Source of the DNA: Guillardia theta CCMP2712
Taxonomy: Eukaryota; Protista; Cryptophyta
Direction of reading: 5' to 3'
Assembly (NCBI RefSeq): GCF_000315625.1
Contig: NW_005434614.1
Coordinates: 430,272-494,271 of the forward strand
Length of the DNA: 64,000 nt
The translations under genes were made by a program, and so were the position numbers. The stretch's first letter is position 1; each line of letters starts with the position of its first letter. Shown here one piece after another: positions 11,013 to 27,493 of the stretch. Below the pieces are notes generated by a model, which made no database searches, had not been told where the DNA came from, and worked only from the letters and a program-made list of their open reading frames with translations.

Positions 11013-14000
11013 TCAGCTCTGCTTGTCTCGTGATGGTGGAGGCCCTTTGGGAGGCGGAGGTTTTGGTTTGCCCGACTTGGACTGGGAGGAGGCTCGCGAG
11101 CTCTGACCAGGAGGAGGAGGAGGAGGAGGAGGATGACTAGGGGCTGGAGGTTTCCTGTAGACGACCCGTCAAGTTTGCACGAGCAAGAGAGGTCTCGGGT
11201 TGACGAGGAGGAGGACAGGGAGGAAGGGATAGAGGGGATCAAAAAGATGGGCAGCGAGGGATGGAAGGAGGGCGAGTCACCTGAGTGAGGGAGATCCTGA
11301 CTTGCTTCCTGTACGAGAGAATTCTTTGCCAGGCGAGGGAGGGTGAGGAGGAGGGGGAGCTTGGCCGGGGGATACAGGGGCATGGATAGAAGGAGGAGGA
11401 GCGTGGATTGGGGGAGGCGGGGCACGAAGAGGAGGGGGAGGGGCCTGCCTCGAGGAGGAGATGGAGGAGGAGTCGTCGCGCACTTCTGTTGAGGGAGCCG
11501 TGGAGGAAGACGAGGACGATACATGGGATATTTCAGTGTGCGAGGGAGGAGAAGGAGCGTGGAGAGGAGGAGGAGGAGCAAGTGGAGGAGGTGGTGGAGG
11601 TGGGGGGGAAGGAGCCGTGACCGTAGGTTGCACGCTTGACTTGACAACTGTGACAGACACTTAGGGTAATGAGAGAGGAGGAGGGGAGGAGGAGGGCTGA
11701 GGGAAGAGGACGGAGGAGGAGGCTGAGGGAAGAGGATGGTGGAGGAGGCTGAGGGAAGAGGATGGAGGAGGAGGGGAGGAGGAAGCGGCAGGATCGTTAC
11801 CATCCACATGCGATGCAGCGCGAGTTGGAGCAAGCTGCGGGGCTTCGGCGTCTACAGGGTCAATGGAGACCTTGGGGCGGGAGTAGACGAAGTCCTGAGA
11901 GGGAGGGAAGAACTTGACGGCGGGTTTGGGAGGAGGAGGGCAGACCGCGCGCAGGCGGTCGAAGATCTGTTTGTCGATGCCCAGGAAGGTCTCCGCCCGC
12001 TGGAGGAAGAGTTTGACAACCTCGCTCCCCAGCTCTGGCAGGTTTCTGTCCTGCTGCGCCTCCTTGAGGATGTGGGAGGGGATGGAGAAGGTGAGGTAGC
12101 GATGCTCTTGCCGCAGCAGATGCATGATCGCGCAGCCCGCCCACTGCAGCCCGTCCCCGAACTGCCACTCGCCCGGTGACCTGCAGGACTTGACGAGGAG
12201 GAGGAATGTCAGGCTGCTCCAGACCCAGTGGAACTCTACATCCTTGGAGGAAGAGGAGAGCAGGTGCCAGGGGGGGAGAGGCAGCACGGCTCCTGGCACA
12301 CCGTCGTAGTCCTTCCCTCCCATCCACGTCAACTTGGCGTTGGCGATGAACTGGTCAAGCTTTGCAAGCACGTTGTGGAGGAGGGAGACGTGCTTGGAGG
12401 AGAGCTCCGACAGCTCCGAGACCGACCTCGTGTGTCCTGCTATTCCTGTCAGCCTTTTCGACTGCAGCTGCGCCTCCTCCCCCAAGACCCCCGACGTCTG
12501 CAGCCTCCTTGCGCTATCCTCGATCACTGCCTCCGTCTTGCTCTGCACGAAGTTCCTGACCTGCCGGCCGGAAGAGAGGAGCAGAGCAGCGAGGGCCTCG
12601 TCGAGCAGGTCAGCGAAGCAGAGCATGTTTCCCAGCTCTCTGAACTGCTGAATGACGCCCGTGCGGAGGGGTGGGTAGGAGGCGACGTCCTTGAGCTTGG
12701 CGTCTTCGAAGTAGCCCATCACTCCCTCTACCGTGTAGTCTCGTGCGCTAGGGAGTTTCATGTCGGCGTCAAGCCCGACGGCAGCGATCTTAGAGAGGTA
12801 GGGGATGATGCCCTCCCGCACCAGCCCCTGCAGCTGGTTGGTCGAGGCCTCCAGCAGCAGCGAAACGTTCTCCTCTCCCATCACCTGCAGCATCGCCGTC
12901 GCGTGCTGTCGCCCGAACGTCCCCCGGCCCTTGAGCGCAGCGAGGATGCGCGAGGTGGCCAAGCGAGAGCCAAAGAGGAGGGCGTACTTGTCGCGCTTGA
13001 GGTCGGGGTGAGTGTTCTCAAGGTGCTTCTTCAACAGCCTCATCTGCTTCCTCGAGTCCGTGTGGCCCTCCGTGTCCTCGTAGTCCATCTCCAGCTCCGA
13101 CTCCACGAACGTTCGCGACCGCTCCTCGAAGTACATGCACGGCAGCAGGTGCGCGCGGATCTGACCCACACAGTAGCGAGCGATCCTGTTGCCCGCTAGC
13201 CCCGTCCTCAGCCCCTCGCAAACGTCCTGCCACACCTCCTCGAACGGCGTCAGCTGGAGTCCGTCCTCCGACAGGTACGCGTGCGCAAACCGACTTGTCC
13301 TAACCAGCGCCTCCAGCTCGAGAATCCCACTGAGGCCCGTCGCTTCGAACCTGCTCTGAGCGTACCACAGGGACGTGCGCTGAAGGTCTTCCACCCTCCA
13401 GCTCAGCTGCGAGCTGAGGTCCACCGAGCGGCCGAGCAGCTTGACATGCTTGACCTTAAGATTAACGCGCATGAACGGGTTGTCCTCCACCTTGTGCGGG
13501 GGAACGAGGTCAGGGAAGAGGTGGGAGGCGGCGAGGAGGCGATAGTGAGCGTAGATCTTGCGAGCGAGGGAGCTGAGCAGCTTGTCGAGGCAAGTTTGAG
13601 CCTCCGCCTCGATCTCGAGGAACAGGTGCTTGCTGCGGAGGACGTTCAAGGAGAAGCGAGCAGCGTCATCGTAGATATGCAGGGGCATGAAGACGTGGGA
13701 GATGGGATTCTTGGTGAACTTCTCTGTGCCAAGGAGGAACGAGCACAACATCCAGGGCAGGTTGATGGAGGCAGGGAATTGCACCTGCTTAGTCATGTCG
13801 AGGAAGAGCTCGCGGAGGTAGAGCGAGCTCAGGTCGGACAGGCTTGCTAGACACTCGGGCAGGTTCTGCATAGTGAGGAAGGACCGGCTCTCCGTCATCC
13901 ACATGCTGAGAGTCTTCTGCTGCTCCTTTGACAGCTCCGCCTTTGAGAACATCCCTCCCTTGCGCTGCTCCGCCCTCCTCAGCACCACCCCACAGATCGA

Positions 14001-15902
14001 TCGGAGGAGGAGGAGGAGAGGATAGCCTGGCCCTGACGATCGCTGGGACATGACAGAGTCTTTGCGGGCCGTTAGAGGCATGATGACAGCCCGGCCGTCC
14101 TGCCCACCTGACGCGTGCCAGTCGGCAGCATACTGCTGTATGACTAGGAGGAGCTCGGCCATCTCTTTCTTGCCCCTCTCCTGCAGGTCTCTGACCATTT
14201 GCCCGACTGCCCCCACAACAACCTCCTGTGTGCGCCAGTGGCAGGTCCTGGCCATGGCTGGGACGAGGAAGGGCAGGAGCTCCTCCAGGCTGCTCACGAA
14301 GCTCTTGATCATCGAGATGAGCTCGAGAAGGGAGGACTTGTCTGTAGCAGAGTAGTTGTTAGTGACCACTCTCTTGTACTGCTGAAACTTGTCCTCCTCG
14401 GTCGGATAGATCTCCGAGCCTGCGTTCTCATCTTTCTGCGGGCAGCTATACTTGATGGCCGACTGCTCCAGGATCCACTCCTTCCACTCCTCCACCATCT
14501 GCAACCAGCCAACGACCTTGGTGTAGATCTCCTGGTCCTCCGAGGGGGAGAACTTTCTCGAGGTATTGGACTGGAAGAATGAAGCTTTCATCTCCTCCAG
14601 CTGGCAGCAGGAAGCATAGATGTTCCTTCTTGCCATGTCCAGCTTGCCTGTGATCGAGTATCTCTCGGACAGCTTCTCTGACTTCCCCTTGCTCAGGTCC
14701 TGGACGTCCGTCAGTTTGATCCCAAGCGCTTCCACGCCGGGTGCGAGACGGACGACGTTCATGCATTCGCTCGTCATGTCGCCAAACACCGGACAGACGG
14801 GGTAGGACGTGATGAAGTCGACGGCATCTTTCACCAGGCTCCCGGCCTTGACCTCTTTGTATCCTTTACTTCCGTCCATCACGCTGGCGACTTCGGCCGC
14901 GTCTTCTCCCAGCATCACAAGACAGAGGGATATCACCCTGTGCGCGACGTGCCTGCTGTTGAGACCAAACCATCCGACCTCCTCGAACTGCTTCCTCGCA
15001 ACTTGGAGGCAGAGGCGCAGCAGCTGCACCGTCACATTCATCGAGAAGAGCTTGGCAAGACGGATGCGAAAGATACTTCCGGTGAGCATCTTGACAAGGT
15101 TGGACTTGTTTGCAAGGTAATGAGACAGATCTTGATCGCAAAACAGGTCATTGTTGAGCAACTGCCTGTTGTCCGTTGTCAGGGCCTGGAGGCCTCTCCT
15201 CCAGCTCGAGTAGTCGTTGTTGAGGCTGGGCTTCATGTCCTTGAGCACGTCGATCACAAACAACTTATCCAGGATCTTGATGATAGCCCACAGTCTCTCC
15301 TCGTTCCACGCCTGGTCCTTGTTCTTCTGCTCCAGCAAGGCTTGGAACTGCTTCACCACGGCGTCTTGCAGGCACGACAGCACAAACGTGTGGAGCTCCT
15401 TCAGCTTGTGGACTGTCGACTTGAGCATGTTGATGTGACTCGCATAGTCCGGGTTGCTCTGAGAGAAGGTCTTGGCAATGCTGCGGTACGTGTACAGCCA
15501 GTGGATCCAGCCGTCAGCCTTGCCCACCCATCTCTCGATCAGCATGACAGCATCGAAGTCTTCCACCACCTGAGATAGATTCTCTGCATCATCGAGGATA
15601 CCGTCTCTCCTTGACAGGTGGCGGTCAAACACAAAGTCTTGACTGGCCCCGCAAGGGAAGAAGAGAGCGTTGCTTGCTCCTTGCACCTGCGGCTGACACA
15701 CCGCCAGCTCGCGCGTGAGAAGGCCGCTGTTGGCTGCTCCATCAGGATGATCGCGCTTGTACTCTTCTAGCTTCAGCTCCAGCGTCTGCAGCGCGAAAGT
15801 TCCACTTGAGAGCGACATCGAACGGATCGGTCCTGTATGGCAAGGCACTTGTAGCTCCAGCGCTCTAGTCTTGACTTGATGTACTCCAGTTGCTATCAGC
15901 AA
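11013..15902 (-). CDS. CYFIP: CYFIP/Sra1/PIR121 family (WAVE regulatory complex subunit) with spliced proline-rich C-terminal extension; may have extra 5' exons to ~16440
   Basis: 1413-aa ORF with family motifs WLYTYRS, DMKPSLNNDYS, P.FGDM, SDLSSLYLRELFLDM, QFPASINLPWML, IYDDAA..L..EIEAE, HVKLLGRSVDL, FRELGN, FGDGLQWAGC. Confidence 0.9.
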
Positions 15903-16699
15903 CTAAGACAGAAACATTCCCTGCTAAAAAAATATCTTCAGCTGGAGCCAGCAACCTCGATCAATCCAGACCCTGCATGCTGTTGGCCTGATCTTATCGC
16001 TAATATGTGAGGATGTTATACCTTCCCTTCTCGACTCAGCCTTGTATTTCATATCCAGTAGATTTCACTCCTCTGCCTCCCGCACAGCTATCTCCCTTCT
16101 CTGCTCACGTTCTAACATCGCTTGCTTAGCTTTGTGCTCCAACCATCGCATTGAGCAGCCTGCTGTTGTCAACTTCCTTGCTCACAACCCCTCTTTTAAC
16201 CAAATCACATCATCGCAAGACACATGACTTCGCAGTTTCTTCTCGCATCTGATATGCTGCTGTCTTTCTTCTAGCATTTGTCAGCCATGTATGTCTCATC
16301 GCAACTATCGCTATAAATCTCTCCTAGTTTCTCTTTCCTCACTGAACACAAGCATGAGCTTGCAGGCAAGCTCATGCTCTGCCATATCGTTGTCCTCTGC
16401 CACGTCGTCATCTTCTGCCATGCCCTCAGCTCGCCACATTCTCGACCGCTCCCTGCCTCTTGCTCTGTCGTCTTTCTGTAGCATCCCGCGAAGCGCCTAA
16501 CTTGTAAAACCAGTTATTAAGTGTACCACTAGTGCCTTAAATTATGTTTTGATAGGACTTTAGTGATGATGCGGAAGACTAATAAATCTTTTAGAGGGAT
16601 ATTTAAAATATTTTATAATATTTACATCTCAGCTTTTAAAAAGCATGGCCCTCATACCGCATCAAATAACGGCCATGTCGCACCAGATGTCGCACAATG

Positions 16700-17579
16700 A
16701 CGCAAGGGAGGAACAAATTTCTTGAGGGGGAGGAGGAGGAGGCGAAGAACGATGAAGGACATGGGCGAGAGCGCGATCTCTATGAGAGACGATGAAGATC
16801 ACTGAGATGTTCACGGGAATGAGAAAGCTGTTCCTGGACAAACACGAACAATTCATCAACAGATTGCAACAAGTGCTGTGCTGATCTGCAGAACACCTTC
16901 TTCTAAGTGTTCTTTCAACTTCATCAGGATGTATGACCTCGCACCTCCAGGCTCTCCCATACCTGGTGACTTGCTTATGCTCTGCTCTTCTCCTCCTCAA
17001 ACTCTTTCAGGGCTGGAGCATCTATTCGGAGGAGGATCAGGGATGTCAAAGACGGGAGGGCAGAAAACGTCTGCTGCTCCCTCTCAGAGGATCGAGCGAA
17101 TGATACAGACGTCTGCATCGCACAGGTTGCTTGCTCCTTGTCTGCCAGACCTTCTCCTCATTCCTCCCTGCAGACGACCTGTCTTGGTAGGGAGGAGGGA
17201 TCTTCGAGGGAACAGCAACGGGACGACAAAGACGAGCAGGAAGACTGCAGGAGAGCGGAGGAGGAAGGAAGTCGACGACGAGGGTGCCAACCTCGCGGAT
17301 CTGATCCTGGCAGCTGTCCCAAGACAGCCGATCGTCGTGGAGTATGAAGCTACACCACCATCATATGTGCAGGACGAGGAGTTTGCTGCCGTAACACGCA
17401 GTGAGCAGGTAAGAAGAGGAGCGTGCTGCTCTACTTGAAGTGTTACGATGACAAGATGGTAGATGGAAGACCATCAGTCAACATCATCACTTACAAGCGA
17501 TGAATCACACGTCATTCGTCACGTTCCCCTCCATTCACATCCCTTTCAGCAAAATGCCTTGAGGAGCGTTCCTTTTGAA

Positions 17580-17615
<36 letters not shown>

Positions 17616-18723
17616 CCTCCTCCTCCTGCTCCTCCTCCTCCCGCAGTCTCTGCCAGTCCTGCTCCCTCGTCTTCCCTTCCTGCAGTTCCTCTTCATGACC
17701 CATCGGCGATCTCGAGGCTGTCAGATCCTCAACAGGAGGAGCGAGCGATGAAGATCCGAAAACAAGAAGAGCTGAAGGAGTCTCTCAGGCAGCAGGTAGT
17801 TCTTGCCCTTTCTTTTGTTCTTCCTCCTGTCCTTTTTCCACTCCTCCTCTCTCTCTCATTTACCCTTCCCTCCCCTCCTTCTCTGCCCCTTCCCTCGCCT
17901 TCCCTTCCCTTTCCTTTCGTTCTCCTCCCTTGCCATTTCTCAGCTTTCCTTCCCTGCCTCCCTTCCCATCCTCTGGTCCCATCCCTTCTGCTCAAGAGCG
18001 ACTTCGCAGGTGCAGGAGAGGAAGAGGTTAAAGGAAGAGGAGGTACTTCGACAGAAGGTAGCGAAACAACTGGGCGCACACGTTTCTGACTGCATTGCAG
18101 CGGGAGGAGGAAAGGGAGGAGGAGAGGTGTAGGAGGGAGCAGGAGCAGCTCAAGTATCAGGTGAAGGCAGAGGATAGGAGCAGTTGTTTCATGATGTCCG
18201 AGCAGTTTGAGGCAGAGAAGGCAGCAAAGCGATCAGCTGGAAGCTCACAAACAACAGGTTAGCTTCTCCCCACCTGGCCTCTCTTCCCTTCCCTTCCCTT
18301 CCCTTCCCTTCCCGTNNNNNNNNNNNNNNNNNNNNNNNNNNNNNNNNNNNNNNNNNNNNNNNNNNNNNNNNNNNNNNNNNNNNNNNNNNNNNNNNNNNNN
18401 NNNNNNNNNNNNNNNGGGAGGAGGTGGAGGAGGAGCAGCTGCAGCAGCAGATATTGGTTCTGCTGCTCCCCGCAACAAGATGGCTCTGTCGAAGGCTCTC
18501 GCAGCTGCTCGAGGAGGAAGGAGAGAGGCTGCTGGTGCGGTGAAGGGCGTCAAGGTAACGCCGGCAGGGCGAGGACGAGGAGGGAGAGAAGAGGAGGAAG
18601 AGATGCGTGTTGGCGTTAGGGCCCTGCGAAGACGGCGAGACTTGAGAAATGAGCAGGCAGGAGCAGAGGCAGGAGCAGGAGCAGGAGCAGTGAGATCAAG
18701 AGCTGGAGCTGGAGCTGGGACAA

Positions 18724-18784
<61 letters not shown>

Positions 18785-18959
18785 GATCAGAGCAAACAAA
18801 CGAGTGGAGGCTCCTGCTCCCCGTGCTGCCTCTCGTCCTCCCTTTGGTTCTCGTCCTCTCCCTGGCAAGGCTTCTGTTCAAGTCTCGCGTTCCCTAGAGG
18901 CTGAAAGTGTCTTCCTCTCTGCGGATCAAGGTGCCCTCGTGCCCCTGCTTCTCTTCCTG

Positions 18960-19025
<66 letters not shown>

Positions 19026-19330
19026 AACTTCTCTTCCTTTACCTCCTCCTCCTACTTTTTCCCGTGTACCTGCTGCTGCTGCTGCTGCTGTTGATTCCCT
19101 TCTGCGGTCTCGTCCTCTTCTTAACAGTCTCGCAGGGGTTCCTTTCCCGCCATCGTCGCAACAATCTCTGTATGTTCGGCTCTGTGCCTCTTTCTCAGTC
19201 TTGCTTAATGACTCGATCGCCTTATCTTGACTCTCCTGCACCTTCCTCTCCCCTTCCTTCCTCCCCCTTCCTTCTTCCCTCCTCTTCCTGAGTCTCGTGC
19301 AGGGAGCAGGGCGAGGAGGATCTGGGAGAA
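16700..19330 (+). CDS. Low-complexity coiled-coil protein, CCDC66/CSPP1-like; spans the assembly gap, ends uncertain
   Basis: Spliced KIRKQEELKESLRQQ|VQERKRLKEEEVLRQK|REEEREEERCRREQEQLKYQ|FEAEK pattern resembles the CCDC66 domain; Pro/Ala-rich linkers. Confidence 0.45.
18316..18415. other. Assembly gap (100 N)
   Basis: Run of N flanked by low-complexity sequence. Confidence 1.
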
Positions 19331-19554
19331 AACTTTGAGCTGCTTCAAAACCTCAACTTCCCTCTCTCACAACACGATCGCGACAAGTTCGAGACTTTCT
19401 TGCGATCTTTACATGTTTGATATATGTACTTATCATCCTCGTCTTCCATCTTGTCCAATATGTTCCTGATCCCTTGACCTTCCTGCCTCCTCTGCTCCCC
19501 ACACCCCCACACACCCCCACCCCTCTGGTCACTGCTATCTACTTCCTCGCTCCT

Positions 19555-24354
<4,800 letters not shown>

Positions 24355-25066
24355 GTCCAGGTTGTGGGCCTTGGACGTGATTAGGAGCTTTCAGATTTTC
24401 CTACGAAACTCCAGCCTCGACATTTTATCATCCTCGGGTTGGTCTTGTCACCTTGAGGAGGTGCAGGCAAATTCTGCTGCGAGCTCATGCATGTTGCACT
24501 GCGCGAATGTAAGAATCATGCGCACGCGTGACGAAGTTCGAGATCTCAAGGTTGATATCAGTCTCTTCAACATCGTTGGCTATCATGGCATTATTGCTTG
24601 CCTAATCTTTGCAGAGCTTGTGACTGCTTTCCTAATCTTTGCAGAGCTTGTCACTATTTTTCTATTCTTCGCAGAGGCGATGTTTCATCAGCAATTATAT
24701 CGGCACCTAACCCTACCTTGGTTGTGCTCCTCGAAGCAACCTACACAGGCCCGTTGTAAGGCATTCACCAACAACGCACTGCGGCAAGGTAACATAGTGT
24801 CTACCTGCATGATTGCATGCAACTCGTTCATTCGTTCTACCACTACGTCGCGCCTATTCGTCGATCTTCTGCTTGCATTGCCTTGTCTTCCCTGTGCGTT
24901 TCAACACATCTTCCCTTGGCCTCGACCTCTCTACCTATGCATCAGATACACCTATAGCACTTTCTCGGGCATTAGCGCTGCTACGCGCGTCATGTATCCC
25001 TGCCATTCTCGCCATGTCTGCGCTCTTTCCCCGCCTCTCCCTCTCCTCGTTTCGTTTTCCCGCCAT

Positions 25067-25178
25067 CACGTGCCTGCCCGACCCACTAGGGCTGCGAACC
25101 GGCTGCGCTGCCAAGACACATCACGTGATATCACGTGACTCAGATTTGAAACACGTGACAATAATTTCTGGTCACGTG
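25067..25178. promoter_or_regulatory. Cluster of five CACGTG (E-box/G-box) sites
   Basis: CACGTG at 25067, 25122, 25132, 25152 and 25173; includes the perfect 18-bp palindrome TCACGTGATATCACGTGA (25121-25138). Regulatory function is inferred. Confidence 0.55.
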
Positions 25179-25227
25179 AGCTACCATGCCGAACGAGTTT
25201 TATATCAGTCACGGTCTGCGAGGAAGA

Positions 25228-25475
25228 AGAAGCGAGGAATGCAGGGAGAGGGAGGAGAAGCGAGGAATGCAGGGAGAGGGAGGAGAAGCGAGGAATGCAG
25301 GGAGAGGGAGGAGAAGCGAGGAATGCATGGAGAGGGAGGAGAAGCGAGGAAGGCAGGGAGAGGGAGGAGAAGCGAGGAAGGAAGGCGGGGAGAGGAAGGA
25401 GAAGCGAGGAAGGCCGGGAGAGGGAGGAGAAGCGAGGAAGGCAGGGAGAGGGAGGAGAAGCGAGGAAGGCAGGCA
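25228..25475. repeat. Purine-rich 28-bp minisatellite, ~8-9 copies
   Basis: Unit GCGAGGAA(T/G)GCAGGGAGAGGGAGGAGAA. Confidence 0.9.
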
Positions 25476-26040
25476 GGGAAGGGAGGGGGGATACATAGCG
25501 CGGGAAAGTCTTAGAGCTAGTAGTAGTGCAGGCTGGATGAGAAATTTTGAGGGCCAAGGCCGAGATTCTTGCGAGGGTGGGACGTCATGGAGTGTCAGAG
25601 ACACGAGAGTACACTGATGCGCATGACTGAGAACACGTCTTGCTGTGGTGCATACATGCAAGGGCTATGTAGTACCTTCACAGGATACACCAACTAGACA
25701 CAGCGAAACGAATACATCCGTGTAGGGATATGAAATGTGTGCTGCATTGGGGAATGCCAATCGAGGTTCGTGTTTGCTCTATAAGACTGTCTTCCCCGCA
25801 TTGGCCTTGCATAGCGCAGTAACAACATGCAGCGATCAATGATGGAATGGCAATCGTGACTGTGCCATTGGGATAGAAGTGAGGACGTACCAATCAAAAT
25901 CAGCGGTGGCATTCTCAACGAATAAACATGTGTACAACCGAAGAAAACAATTCACGAAAGACATTTATTCACAAGAGTCTCATGTAATCAAAAACAGTTG
26001 CAATCGAAACTCTTCACCAAGAAAAGCATCAGTCTTGTTC

Positions 26041-27493
26041 CTAGAAGCACACTGCTCCACTCGATCGCACCCCCACAAGTAGCACAACCGCCCCTGCCCC
26101 CTGCTGCTGCTTCCTCCCCCCAGGCTTCTTCTCTCCCCGGAACGCCTTCCATCGCACCACCTCGTACTGCATCCTTGCAGCCTTCCCTCCTCCCTTCTCC
26201 CCTCGGCTCCTCCGAGACGTCTCCCCATGGCCCTTCACGCCCCTCGCCTCCTCTGCCCGGTATCGACACATCCGGAACATCTCGCAAGGCCTGCCCTCAC
26301 CCGTCATCCCTCCCACCGCCCCTCCGCCCGTCCCTCCGTACTCACACTCGGTTAGTCGACCTCGTCGCCGCCTTGAGGTATCGTCCAAGCCGCTCCTGCT
26401 CTGCCGGGTGTACCAGGAGGTCCAGCGTCACCTCCTCCTTGAGGTCCCCGTACCATGGCGCCGCCTCCACGTACTCCCGCATCCCTCGCCCCATCCACCT
26501 GCCCATCGCAAGCCTCCCTGTCAGCTCCTCCCCCTTCCTCTCCTCTCGTGGCCCTACCGGATCGCTCCTGTCTCCGTCTCGACCTCCACCACGAGCATGC
26601 ATCCCGCTCGCCGCATCCCTGGTCGACCCTTTAGCCCGAGCGCTTCCCTCCCAGTGCTCCCGCTCACCTTCCCGAACCGTGTCCGACGACACCCCCGACA
26701 TGTAGGACCTGCAGCCCCACGACGCGTCAGCCTCCGGCAGCCCCTGGCCGCACTGCTGCTCGCACGCCTTCCTCGCTCTACCTGACGAGCTTCGAGGCCC
26801 CCTCGAGGATCTGGAACAGCGATCGCCCAGACGGCGTCAGCGCTCGCGGCTGCCGGGCCTCCCCGGCGTCTGCCGATGACGAGCGTGAGTGAGGTGCACA
26901 GAGGGCAGAGAGAGAGCGACTGCGGGACTGCACGTACCGAGAGGAGGGAGGAAGGCGTCGAGCTGCCTTAGAAGCTCCTTCTGGGAGCCGCGAACGCGCT
27001 GCTTCTTCTCCGCTAGCCTTCGTTTTTCTTCCTGATCAAAGCAGGGCTCGCTATCTGCTTGTGGTGAGTAGATTGCTGTGCTCGAATGCTGTAGAGAAGC
27101 TTCTTGCACTGACAGTACTGTAGCCATCGATACCGGCTTCGAGTCCCCCCAACTCCATTCCATTGTTGGCTGTGGGATGCCTGGGCTGTCGGTACTGTCC
27201 ATGATGCAGTCCTCAGGACTCTGAGTCTCGGAGGCATCAGAGAACATGTCGATTGATAGATGTAGCATTGCTGCGTCTTGCGCGTCACATGGCGGCTCGT
27301 TGTGACCAGGGGTGGAGTCTACTGCCCCCGAAGCTTCTTCCACGTCACTTTCTCTATTCATGAGAAAGTCGAGAGGATCCACCAAAAAGAAAGGTTCTAG
27401 GAGAGAGTCTTGAGCACACGTGAAAGTGAAGATTGGTCTGATATTCTCCAACCTGCTGTCTACAGTCCCCTGCGCTGAGCCGCTCCCGAGCAT
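26041..27493 (-). CDS. bHLH-PAS-like transcription factor, copy A
   Basis: Basic region/helix 1 KRRLAEKKQRVRGSQKELLRQLDAFLP; helix 2 GRSLFQILEGASKLVR; spliced PAS-like GCMLVVEVETETGAIRWMGRGMREY..LDLLVHPAEQERL..EMFRM; stop at 26041. Confidence 0.65.

Noticed and set aside
12228-15578. Long plus-strand ORFs opposite CYFIP, and similar ones opposite the giant gene
   Set aside because: Antisense shadows expected from GC-rich codon usage; no recognisable domains
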